In this document: positions 41,865 through 50,291 of the stretch, one piece after another
Layout: every line of letters starts with the position of its first letter
Numbering within the stretch: the first letter of the stretch is position 1
Position numbers and translations under genes: made by a program
The notes under the pieces: model-generated
Seen by the model: only the letters and a program-made list of their open reading frames with translations
What the model was told of the DNA's origin: nothing
Database searches by the model: none
NCBI GenBank assembly: GCA_046758365.1
Contig: JBHIAC010000008.1
Coordinates: 1 to 50,291, forward strand
From: a bacterium
GTDB taxonomy: Bacteria > Zhuqueibacterota > Zhuqueibacteria > Oceanimicrobiales > Oceanimicrobiaceae
Direction of reading: 5' to 3'
DNA length: 50,291 nt

Positions 41865-42752
41865 CTATTTACCTTTTTCACCTACGTCAGCAATAAGTAG
41901 CGACAAATCCAAAGCTTTTGCAGAATGTGTCAAGGCTCCTACTGAAATAAAATCCACACCAGTTTCGGCAAGTTCTCGTACCGTATCCAGTGTAACGCCT
42001 CCTGAGACTTCTAACTCTACCCTCCCTGAAACTAATTCAACCGCTTCTTGAATTTGGGAAAGAGTCATATTATCTAACATTATTCTATCGACTTTGACTT
42101 CAAGGGCTGCTTTTATATCATCCAAAGTACAGGTTTCAACTTCAATTTTTAGATCTAAATTTTTCAACTGCCTATTTTTTTTAATACGTTTCACTGCTTC
42201 CGAAAGACTTCCAGCCGCCTCAATGTGATTTTCTTTAATCAGAATCATATCAAACAGGCCCATTCTATGATTCATGCCACCCCCGACTCGAACCGCATAT
42301 TTCTCTAATACCCGAAGTGCTGGTGTGGTTTTTCGCGTGTCCAAAATTTTCGCTCGGGTTCCTTTTACCTTTTTAACAAATTGAGAGGTGAGTGTGGCAA
42401 TTCCTGAAAGTCTTTGGAGAAAATTCAAAGCAGTTCGTTCAGCAGTTAATATACTTACAAGAGAACCATCAATTTCCACTATCGTATTGGAGACGTTTAC
42501 CAAAGCACCTTCATTCACTAAATTGGAAATCCTGATGCTTGAGTCCACTTTTTTAAAAACCTGCTGTGCTATCGGTAACCCAGCAATGATTCCCTTCTGC
42601 TTTGCTATTATGGTTGCCTTTCCTTGCTCTGATGAATTAAACAGTAAATTAGATGTAGCATCTCCAATTTGATTGAGATCCTCTGTTAAGGCTAAATTTA
42701 TTAAATGGTCGATTTCTTTAGAAAAGTTTAAAAGCTTGTTCATTGAGATCAA
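41865..42752 (-). CDS. nadC: Nicotinate-nucleotide diphosphorylase (carboxylating)
   Basis: ERTALNFLQRLSGIAT, DTRKTTP, HRMGLFD, MLDNM, SVGALTHS. Confidence 0.97.
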   Translation of the reverse strand: MISMNKLLNFSKEIDHLINLALTEDLNQIGDATSNLLFNSSEQGKATIIAKQKGIIAGLPIAQQVFKKVDSSIRISNLVNEGALVNVSNTIVEIDGSLVSILTAERTALNFLQRLSGIATLTSQFVKKVKGTRAKILDTRKTTPALRVLEKYAVRVGGGMNHRMGLFDMILIKENHIEAAGSLSEAVKRIKKNRQLKNLDLKIEVETCTLDDIKAALEVKVDRIMLDNMTLSQIQEAVELVSGRVELEVSGGVTLDTVRELAETGVDFISVGALTHSAKALDLSLLIADVGEKGK

Positions 42753-42851
42753 GAATTATAGATATGGTTTATGTTAAAACTTTCAAATAGAATATCAAAT
42801 TCAACTCTTTATAAAATTTTACTTAAAAATTACTAGAAAATCAACCTAAAA

Positions 42852-42888
42852 ATGAAAAGGCCGTGTATAAATATAACGGCCTTTTCAT
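42852..42888 (-). terminator. Terminator of the methyltransferase operon
   Basis: ATGAAAAGGCCGT...ACGGCCTTTTCAT 13-bp inverted repeat. Confidence 0.7.
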
Positions 42889-42944
42889 GGCTAAAAAGGT
42901 GGAGAGATTTGGAGAGGATAACTTATATTACAATAACAATTTAA

Positions 42945-43862
42945 TCATTCAGAATATTCCAAATTATTTAATAATTCATTTTTGATAGCACGAATATAGT
43001 CAGGGGTTGTACCACAGCAGCCTCCAATTATCGAAACTCCAGCATCTATTAAATCTTGAGTTTTTTCTGCAAAATATTCTGCTGTTTCAGGGTATATCAG
43101 CATGCCTCCTTTGGTTTCGGGTTGACCTGCATTGGATTGAATTATTATGGGAAAGGTGGTATTCTTTCTGTATTCTCGGGCTATTTTAATCATATTCACA
43201 ATTCCGTTTCCACAGTTGGAACCAATAATATCGGCTCCTGCTTTTTGAAGACCGGCGGCTGCTTCCTTTATACTTACTCCCATGATCGTGTAAAAACCTC
43301 TAGGAGTTTCATCAAATGTCATGGTTGCCATAACTGGAGTTTGCGGGGCAACGTCTTTTGCAGCTTTTACAGCAAGGATAGCTTCCTGTAAATCGGTCAT
43401 GGTTTCAATACACACGATGTCCACACCTGCACTGACCAGAGCTTTCATCTGGCGCTCGAAACCTCGATACAAAACATCGGGTTCTGTATCCCCATACGGT
43501 TTTATAATTTCCCCTGAAGGCCCGCAGGAACCTGAAATATACGCCCGACCAGCGACAACCTTTTTCACAATAGCAACCGCCTTCCGGTTGATTTCTTCGG
43601 TTTTGTCTTCCAGACCATACGCTGAAAGCTTCATAGGAGACCCACCGAATGTGTTGGTTTGAATAATATCTGCCCCTACATTAAAGTAAAGCAGGGCAAT
43701 TTCTTCCAAGATTTCTGGCTTAGTTAGATTTAGTGACTCAGGACACTCACCGGGTTGAAGACCTTTTTGAAAAAGCATGGTCCCCATGGCACCGTCTGCC
43801 ACCAGTATCTCTCCATTTTTCAGATGCTCAAGAATCGGTTTCATTTCACTATTTCCTTCCAT
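42945..43862 (-). CDS. Homocysteine S-methyltransferase domain protein
   Basis: DGAMGTML, TNTFG, GSNC, IGGCCGTTP zinc ligands. Confidence 0.92.
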   Translation of the reverse strand: MEGNSEMKPILEHLKNGEILVADGAMGTMLFQKGLQPGECPESLNLTKPEILEEIALLYFNVGADIIQTNTFGGSPMKLSAYGLEDKTEEINRKAVAIVKKVVAGRAYISGSCGPSGEIIKPYGDTEPDVLYRGFERQMKALVSAGVDIVCIETMTDLQEAILAVKAAKDVAPQTPVMATMTFDETPRGFYTIMGVSIKEAAAGLQKAGADIIGSNCGNGIVNMIKIAREYRKNTTFPIIIQSNAGQPETKGGMLIYPETAEYFAEKTQDLIDAGVSIIGGCCGTTPDYIRAIKNELLNNLEYSE

Positions 43863-43925
43863 GAAATTCTTACAGTTAATTATAAGATACGCTCTCTTAA
43901 ATTTCTAGTATTTTATAGAAAGTAC

Positions 43926-44573
43926 TTATTCTGGTGTAGGGATGCTCGTAAGCATTTTCACACACTCAACAGCCTTTGCGGCATCAAAGGCATAGGCATC
44001 GGCACCAATCTCCCGAGCATACTCTTCTGAGAGAGGTGCTCCTCCTATTATTGTATTTATTGTGCCATTGAGTCCTTTCTCTTGCAGGTTCTCTATTACT
44101 TTTTTCATCACCGGCATGGTGGTTGTTAAAAGTGCCGACATACCGATAACCTTTGCCTGTTCCATTTTCGCAGTTTCTACAAACTTTTCAGCCGGAACAT
44201 CTTTACCGAGATCTATGACTTCAAATCCTGCCCCTTTCAACATAATTCCCACTAGATTTTTACCTATGTCGTGGAGATCACCATGAACCGTACCGATAAC
44301 AATTTTACCAATGCTTGGAATTCCCTCTTTAATAAGCAAAGGTTTCAGTTGATCAATCCCGGCATACATGGCTTTCGCTGCAATAAGAACTTCCGGAAGA
44401 AATATTTCATGTTTTCTGAACTGTTCCCCAATGATATTCATTCCTGCAATAAGACCAGTATCAAGGATAGCCTTAGGAGAAATGTTTTGTTCTATTGCTT
44501 GCTTGGTCAATTCAAATACTTTCTCATCATCACCTTGCTGTAAAAATTCCGAAATTTGCTTTAAAAGATCCAT
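43926..44573 (-). CDS. Corrinoid-binding methyltransferase protein
   Basis: Cap domain (FLPEV) plus GDLHDIGKNLV (DxHxxG), MSALLTTTM, IGGAP. Confidence 0.93.
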   Translation of the reverse strand: MDLLKQISEFLQQGDDEKVFELTKQAIEQNISPKAILDTGLIAGMNIIGEQFRKHEIFLPEVLIAAKAMYAGIDQLKPLLIKEGIPSIGKIVIGTVHGDLHDIGKNLVGIMLKGAGFEVIDLGKDVPAEKFVETAKMEQAKVIGMSALLTTTMPVMKKVIENLQEKGLNGTINTIIGGAPLSEEYAREIGADAYAFDAAKAVECVKMLTSIPTPE

Positions 44574-44639
44574 TTCTTTCTCCTTGTTTGAAACAATCGT
44601 TCAGTTATAAAGATTTCTTACAATAATGTTGTTACGATT

Positions 44640-45452
44640 TTAGGCCATTAATACTCTTTTCATTCGCGCACGACATGATTTAGTTTTACAGAAACGACAA
44701 AAAGAATAGTTACTTTCAAAAAAATGAATATCCTTTTTGCCTGAAACTAATACTCCTGTAACAGATTTTAACGGACTCATTAAGAAACTGTCGTTCAGTG
44801 AAATACCGATTCTTTCAGGGTGAAGATATTGAAAAAGTTTTTTCTGTCCGCTTATATGCCAACCACAATAGCCAGGGCTGTAACTCAATACCCAGTTATC
44901 AGGTGTTGCTGTCATTGCGAGTCCCGAGGAGTTGGGCAAGCAATCTCCTTGTTTACTTAAAGAATTCGCACGCTTTGACAGAGAGATTTCTTCATCGTTT
45001 TGAGCAGAGTCGAAGGGCTTATAGCAGTGACAATGAAAATAGGCTTCAAATACTTCAACGGCCTTATCAGCCGCCAAAGAAGCCACAGAGTCAAGCATAG
45101 AACCCAGCGCAAAATCATTATTTTTAAAAAGCTCCTCAATTTTTACACTGACTTCACGACCCATCGTAAGGGCAAATAATGCCAAACTTTCAGCTTGTGG
45201 AAAAATGTGCTCAAGGGGAGTCTCTTTTGAGTTTTCCCCCTCTCCCCTGAAAATTATTTCAAATTCTTTGGACGATAACTCCCCTATCAATCCTATTGGC
45301 TGAGCGCTGATAGTGAACATATCCAAAGCTTTTGTAAGGAGCGCTTGAATTTTGTTTTTAATCGTTACTCCTTTCGAAAATCCCAGGTTCAGGAGCACAG
45401 CCTCATGTTCCGGCATAATGTCAGTAAGGTTGAATTGCACGATTCGATTCAT
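44640..45452 (-). CDS. B12-dependent methionine synthase activation-domain-like protein with a 41-aa insertion
   Basis: FALTMG, LDSVAS, YSPGYCGW..SGQ..LF, MSPLKSVTG, C-terminal CxxCxxxxC. Confidence 0.82.
   Translation of the reverse strand: MNRIVQFNLTDIMPEHEAVLLNLGFSKGVTIKNKIQALLTKALDMFTISAQPIGLIGELSSKEFEIIFRGEGENSKETPLEHIFPQAESLALFALTMGREVSVKIEELFKNNDFALGSMLDSVASLAADKAVEVFEAYFHCHCYKPFDSAQNDEEISLSKRANSLSKQGDCLPNSSGLAMTATPDNWVLSYSPGYCGWHISGQKKLFQYLHPERIGISLNDSFLMSPLKSVTGVLVSGKKDIHFFESNYSFCRFCKTKSCRARMKRVLMA
44910..45032. repeat. 123-bp palindromic repeat element inserted in frame
   Basis: Outer IR TGTCATTGC/GCAGTGACA; inner IR AAGCAATCTC (44938-44947)/GAGATTTCTT (44983-44992); exactly 41 codons; TGTCATTGCGAG recurs intergenically at 29304-29315. 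Confidence 0.75.
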
Positions 45453-46912
45453 AACGGCCTCGCCGGTAAACTATCTTGTCCATATAGACGTGCTTCTTTA
45501 TCCATGAGCTTAATCAAATCCTTTTTAATTTCCTTAGATAATCCTGAGGGTTGATAATTTTTTAGGTGTTTTTCTACTTCATGGTGTGCCCGCTCCTCAA
45601 GAGTTAACGCACCCTCCTCTTTCCATCGGGATCTGTTTGCACGATCAATGACTGGCCCCGGGAATAAGTGCTCCTTTCTGAGATAACGTCGAGTATGATT
45701 CGAAATAAGCAGATGTTGTTCTTTGAGCAGTTCCTGAAATAGTGCAAGTGCAGGAAAATCTTCTTTCGGTTGTATGCCTTCGATTAATCTAGCGCTCATC
45801 CCGCAAATTTCATTATCCAGCACCAGCTTCTCCAGGCTCTGGCAGCTTTCAAAATCGAGCATTCCAGGTCCTGATATGTTGTTAATTCCAGATAAAGCAG
45901 CCAGGGTTGCGCCAATGCCACTTTCAAGACCTGCCTGAGCATCAAGTAGTTTGGCATCGCTTAATGATATATAGGCCTGAGTTGGCACTCCCAGGTATTT
46001 CCCAATTTCATTGTAGGCACAATCTATCATCATGGTTTCCACCGCACCCATCGGGGTGGTTTCATAGCGTACATCGAAAATGGCCGGGGAACCGCCATAC
46101 AGAATCGGAGTGCCAGGGTTAGTAAGCTGACTAATGACCATACCACTCAGGGTTTCAGCCGTGTGTTGAATAAGCGTTCCGGTCAGAGTTACAGGCGCCA
46201 TAAACCCAGAAAGAGGCATGGCTACAAATTCTACCGGTATGCAGTATTGAGCGCAATCCACAACATTTTGTGAAGTTACATCACTCCATTTTAAAGGAGA
46301 CGTAGGACAGCAAGAGAATATGGCGAGGGGTTTTTTCTTCAGTGCCTCTTCGGTTCCTCGAACCGCAAGCTGCAGGTCTTTCATAACAGTAAAAGCTTCA
46401 ATGGTAAAGGTTCCGGTTACAACGGGCTTTTTACAATAAAGAAGATTCAGGAAGAGACGATAACTATCGGATATCTTTTCATGGACATCCGACGGGACTA
46501 ATGCCGTACTCTGGGAAGCCATATTCTCAAGCTGGCTGACTACTTTCACATAATTAATATAATCCACTGTCACGGGCTTACGCATCTGTTTTGTATGATA
46601 ATCAAGAATATTTATTGCGGCAGAACCGGGTGTAAAATATACATGATACTCAGAAAAATCGTGGGTTTCGTTTCCATCGACATCATAAAGTTTGAATGAC
46701 CTGGGGGCTGATTTTAATGCTTTTGCAATAATTTCTTCCGTGAGAATCACATGGTATGTATCCCTATTAACCTGTGCACCGTGATCCGACAGCATCGATA
46801 AAATCTCTTGGTTGTGTATCTCAACACCCAGCGTGCAAAGAATATGGGTTGCTTCGGAAATAATCTGTTTAATAAGGTCATCATTTAAAAATTTAATGAT
46901 CGGTCTCATCAC
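45449..46912 (-). CDS. MttB-superfamily (trimethylamine methyltransferase family) protein, non-pyrrolysine
   Basis: APVTLTGTL, NPGTPILYG, SDAKLLDAQAGLE, GPGMLDF; Leu and no in-frame TAG before SDAK. Confidence 0.9.
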   Translation of the reverse strand: MMRPIIKFLNDDLIKQIISEATHILCTLGVEIHNQEILSMLSDHGAQVNRDTYHVILTEEIIAKALKSAPRSFKLYDVDGNETHDFSEYHVYFTPGSAAINILDYHTKQMRKPVTVDYINYVKVVSQLENMASQSTALVPSDVHEKISDSYRLFLNLLYCKKPVVTGTFTIEAFTVMKDLQLAVRGTEEALKKKPLAIFSCCPTSPLKWSDVTSQNVVDCAQYCIPVEFVAMPLSGFMAPVTLTGTLIQHTAETLSGMVISQLTNPGTPILYGGSPAIFDVRYETTPMGAVETMMIDCAYNEIGKYLGVPTQAYISLSDAKLLDAQAGLESGIGATLAALSGINNISGPGMLDFESCQSLEKLVLDNEICGMSARLIEGIQPKEDFPALALFQELLKEQHLLISNHTRRYLRKEHLFPGPVIDRANRSRWKEEGALTLEERAHHEVEKHLKNYQPSGLSKEIKKDLIKLMDKEARLYGQDSLPARPL

Positions 46913-46943
46913 AAAGCTCCTTATTTTTCAAAATATTTTTAGG

Positions 46944-46979
46944 AAACGCTGACCCCGAAAACATTCGAGGTTAGCGTTT
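46944..46979. repeat. Intergenic hairpin related to 29325-29352
   Basis: AAACGCTGACCCCGAA-AACA-TTCGAGGTTAGCGTTT resembles ACGTTGACCCCGAATGATTTCTGGGTTA. Confidence 0.5.
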
Positions 46980-47035
46980 GTTCCGTTTAGAAAGACGCAA
47001 ACCTTTTGAAAAAAGCTCAGCGTCTTTGGTTGCTT

Positions 47036-49258
47036 TTAATAAACCACTGCTTTCTCTGCCTTTTTTTCTTCTTGAACTTTTGTGTCCTTATAAATCCTCA
47101 CAGCCGTCCGTTTAAATGCAGGTGTTTTGGACTGTGGGTCGATTTTGCCTGGCACTACCGCATTAGCTTCAGGGTAGTACATGGCGACATTGCCCACTCG
47201 GATGGGCCCCTCCACCAGTTCCACTTTCATTTTGCCAACTTCGCTTTCTACCCAAACCTGGTCTCCTTCTGTGAGCCCATTGGCGAGGATGTCCTCTTTA
47301 TCCATAAATACCACCTGACGATGCGCCACGCCGCGGTAGAGATCTTCATCTTCATAAACGATGGTGTTGAATTGCCCTTCGGAGCGCATGGTCATTAAAT
47401 TGAAATAATCCCCTTTGGGGCAGGAATCGAGCGCTTCAACAACCGCTAAGTTGGCTTTTCCGTCAGGGGTATTAAACTTCGGCGTGTGTCTAATTCGGCC
47501 GGGAATAGTAAATTCATTGGCACTATCTAATTGGGCTATGGGATGCATGTTGGGTACCGTGCGGGAAATGAATTGGCGAATTTCATGGTGATTCCCCATT
47601 TTTGACCAAGGCACCGGTTTTTCCCCTAAAAGATTTTTACCTACCTGTACCAATAGCTCACTTTCTGAAGGAAGTTCGTCAGCAGGTGCTTTTTGACCCC
47701 CCAAAGAGAGACGGACAAAATTGAACATGCTTTCCTGAGAAGTGCTTTGTGTCTCTTCATCTCGGGCTCGCACAGGTAAAATCAAAGTGTTCTTTCCGTG
47801 CCCATGAATATGACCCAAATTAAGAGTAGTGCTGATATAAGCGGTAAAATTAATTTGACTCAATGCTTTTGTGGCCCATGTTTGGTCAGGGCTTGCCCCG
47901 TAGAGATTCCCTCCTAGAAGCACAGCAAAATCTATTTTTCCCTCGTAAGCAGCCTTGACACAATTAAAAGTATCTTTACCTAGTGTGGCAGAGAGCGTAA
48001 TATTTAGCTGCTTAAGGAAAGCTTCAGCCATGGCGGGTTTAACTTTTGGCACCACACCTACCGTTCCAACCCCTTGTACGTTGCTGTGACCCCGCAGAGG
48101 CAGAAGTCCAGCGCCGGGTTTGCCAATCATGCCGCGTAGCAAGGCCAGATTAGCGATGGTTCGGACGTTTTCCACACCATGAAGATGTTGGGTGATGCCC
48201 ATGGCCCAAGCAAAAATCGTATTTTGGGATGCGCAAAGAAGATCACAGAAGGCTTTTAATTCATCAAAAGAAACACCGCTTTTTTGAACCAGTGAATCCA
48301 AATCCTCGGAGTCTAAATCCTTTTTGAATTCTTCGAGGTTATTGCAGTGATTTTTTAGAAATTGTAAATCTACCTTTTTCTCTCGCCACAAATGAACCGC
48401 TGCCGCTTTGAGCAAGGCCAGATCTCCGCCGCAGTGAGGCTGGAGATAGAGATCAGCAATGTCGGCCCCAAAAAATAGCGAGCGTAAATCGCTGGGGACT
48501 TTGAACCGCTGTAAGCCTAACTCTCTGAATGGATTAATAACTACTACTCTGCCGCCCCGGCGTCTAAGGTTTACCAAGTAATTAATAAATCTTGGATGAT
48601 TGCTGGCAGGATTAGCCCCTATTAATACCATTAAATCGGCTTTTTGGACATCTTCCAGGTGCACTGTACTGGTGCCACTTCCTAAGCTCTGCGTCAATCC
48701 AACGCCCGAGGCTTGGTGGCAATAATAGGAACAGTTATTGATGTTGTTGCTACCCCACTGCCGAGCCAGCAGTTGCATGAGAAAAGCAGCCTCATTTGAA
48801 GAGCGACCCGAGCTGTAAAAAAAGCTGCGTTCAGGCTTAGCCGAACGCCAATTCTCCAACAATAGCTCTAAAGCTCTGGCCCATGGAATAACTTGAAAAT
48901 GGGTAGCGCCTTTTGCTAAATATAGTGGGTAGATTAACCGACCCAGAGCCTCTAATTCCCGGCCACTAAGCTGGGATAAATTTTTTAGGGAATTCCTCTC
49001 AAAGAATTCTTTTGGTATGCCCGCCTGCATGTCTTGTGCTTGAGTTTGCATAGATTTTTTGCAAACCTGAAACCCTTGATCAATTTCATTGCGCATGCCG
49101 CCGGTTTTGCCGCCCATGCCAAGAGCACAGGTCTTGCAGGTATTGGAGCTTTTCAATGCACTATACAGCTTTTTGAGGCCACCGGCTTTTTTAGCCATAT
49201 CTAAAGCATAACGAATAGCAGGCCAGCCGCCACCAGAATTTACTTTATATTTGGCCAT
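47036..49258 (-). CDS. FdhF/YdeP-family molybdopterin oxidoreductase
   Basis: GGGWPA, CKTCALGMGG, YSSGRSSNEA, NNCSYYCHQASGVGL, PLRGHSNVQG, RSEGQFNTIVY. Confidence 0.92.
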   Translation of the reverse strand: MAKYKVNSGGGWPAIRYALDMAKKAGGLKKLYSALKSSNTCKTCALGMGGKTGGMRNEIDQGFQVCKKSMQTQAQDMQAGIPKEFFERNSLKNLSQLSGRELEALGRLIYPLYLAKGATHFQVIPWARALELLLENWRSAKPERSFFYSSGRSSNEAAFLMQLLARQWGSNNINNCSYYCHQASGVGLTQSLGSGTSTVHLEDVQKADLMVLIGANPASNHPRFINYLVNLRRRGGRVVVINPFRELGLQRFKVPSDLRSLFFGADIADLYLQPHCGGDLALLKAAAVHLWREKKVDLQFLKNHCNNLEEFKKDLDSEDLDSLVQKSGVSFDELKAFCDLLCASQNTIFAWAMGITQHLHGVENVRTIANLALLRGMIGKPGAGLLPLRGHSNVQGVGTVGVVPKVKPAMAEAFLKQLNITLSATLGKDTFNCVKAAYEGKIDFAVLLGGNLYGASPDQTWATKALSQINFTAYISTTLNLGHIHGHGKNTLILPVRARDEETQSTSQESMFNFVRLSLGGQKAPADELPSESELLVQVGKNLLGEKPVPWSKMGNHHEIRQFISRTVPNMHPIAQLDSANEFTIPGRIRHTPKFNTPDGKANLAVVEALDSCPKGDYFNLMTMRSEGQFNTIVYEDEDLYRGVAHRQVVFMDKEDILANGLTEGDQVWVESEVGKMKVELVEGPIRVGNVAMYYPEANAVVPGKIDPQSKTPAFKRTAVRIYKDTKVQEEKKAEKAVVY

Positions 49259-49301
49259 GATATGCTCCCCAAAATATTTTCTAAATTATATCCAGTAATG
49301 T

Positions 49302-50117
49302 TTAAATAGGGCATAGTAGTTTATATTTTTTAAAATCCGTAAATCCTCTGCTTTTTAGAAATTCTTCTGCTATAAGAGTTTGACCCGTTAAGGCGTAGGG
49401 GTCTGTTTTTATAATTTCCAAGCAGGCATCCGCAAGTAATTCTGGTGAAAACCAAGTGACGCTCTTGTCTGCTTTGAACATGGCAGCAAACACGCGAGTG
49501 GCCTGAGTGTCGATGAAATGCTCTGGCCAGAGGCTATTGACCGAAATTTTGTATTGTTTCAACTCTTCCGCCAATCCCAAGGTCAGATGCGTCATACCGA
49601 ATTTGCTCATAAGATAGCCTGTACGACCCGTCCAGCCATCCGCTGCCAACACTCCCATTTTAAGTGGAGGAGACATATTAATTATATGCCCAGTCGGCTG
49701 ATTTTTCATAAATGGAATCACTTCATGGCAAAGTAAATAAGGCGCACGGTAATTAATTTGCATCATGAGGTCAAAACGCTTAATCGGCATCTCTTCCACA
49801 GGCAGCCAAAATACGGCGCCAGCATTATTGACCACAATGTCAATGCGGCCAAAGCGTTCAACGGTCTTCTGGACTAGATTTTGAATTTGGTCCTCAAAGC
49901 GGACGTCTGTTTGCACAGCCAGCGCCTCTGAGCCACGAGCCTCGATTGCTTCTACCGTGTCAAAGATGGTTCCCGGCGTTTTAGGGGTTGACTCCACGGT
50001 CTTGGCCCCGACAGCGACCTTAATTCCATGTTCAGCAAATTTGAGCGCGATGGCTTTCCCCACACCGCGACTGGCTCCGGTGATGATGGCAACTTTTTCG
50101 TATGTTGGATTCTTCAT
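49302..50117 (-). CDS. Short-chain dehydrogenase/reductase (HSDL2-like)
   Basis: ITGASRGVG, VNNAG, YxxxK (YLMSK), VNSLWP. Confidence 0.92.
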   Translation of the reverse strand: MKNPTYEKVAIITGASRGVGKAIALKFAEHGIKVAVGAKTVESTPKTPGTIFDTVEAIEARGSEALAVQTDVRFEDQIQNLVQKTVERFGRIDIVVNNAGAVFWLPVEEMPIKRFDLMMQINYRAPYLLCHEVIPFMKNQPTGHIINMSPPLKMGVLAADGWTGRTGYLMSKFGMTHLTLGLAEELKQYKISVNSLWPEHFIDTQATRVFAAMFKADKSVTWFSPELLADACLEIIKTDPYALTGQTLIAEEFLKSRGFTDFKKYKLLCPI

Positions 50118-50291
50118 GGGATCTCCCCTAATCTATGGTGTAAGAATTCTTAAGAGGTTGTTAAAATAACTTATTTTTTCATATAACTTTTGACACTACC
50201 ATAATTACGATTACTGCAACTATTCACGTGTCGCCGAAAAAAGCAAAACGATTTTGGGCAAAACTATGAAAAAAGGCTTCATTTGAGTATT

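Noticed and set aside
45449..46912. Pyrrolysine recoding in the MttB gene
   Set aside because: The ORF is continuous; Leu occupies the position before SDAK and there is no in-frame TAG.
47036..49258. Selenocysteine formate dehydrogenase
   Set aside because: No in-frame TGA; Cys in CSYYCH and YdeP-type motifs.

Overview
AT-rich bacterial chromosome segment with almost all genes on the minus strand. The gene order def-fmt-rsmB-PASTA-rpe and the PASTA-only protein suggest an FCB-superphylum organism such as KSB1 or Calditrichota (inference only). From about 12.6 kb to the end it is mostly housekeeping and metabolic: coaX, birA, methylmalonyl-CoA mutase, xerD, csp, rpe, rsmB, fmt, def, yajC, tgt, radA, hisS, a HAL-family lyase, purL, uvrC, mce, nadC, an MttB/corrinoid/homocysteine methyltransferase cluster, a YdeP/FdhF-family molybdoenzyme and an SDR. 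The first 5.2 kb is a decayed accessory region. It ends in two tRNA genes, Met/Ile2(CAT) and Leu(TAA), that both break off just after the anticodon loop. Each half is joined to a homologous ~140-bp arm with paired 11-bp-spaced repeats and nearly identical geometry. This is best read as the att junctions of a family of integrative elements that cross over in the anticodon loop and leave the 5' tRNA half behind. From 6.2 to 12.5 kb there is a compact flagellar-type regulatory cascade with no intact structural flagellar gene in the window: sigma54 promoter > NtrC-family activator > sigma54 promoter > FliA, GAF, REC-PAS-HisKA, FlgA-N fragment, CsrA, then a sigma28-like promoter > FlgN-like > unannotated 42-aa FlgM-like protein. 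Other highlights are a 107-bp MITE, an orphan sigma54 promoter driving a candidate sRNA, two unannotated microproteins, and a 123-bp palindromic element inserted in frame in a methyltransferase-cluster gene. All calls come from reading motifs by eye; no database search was run.
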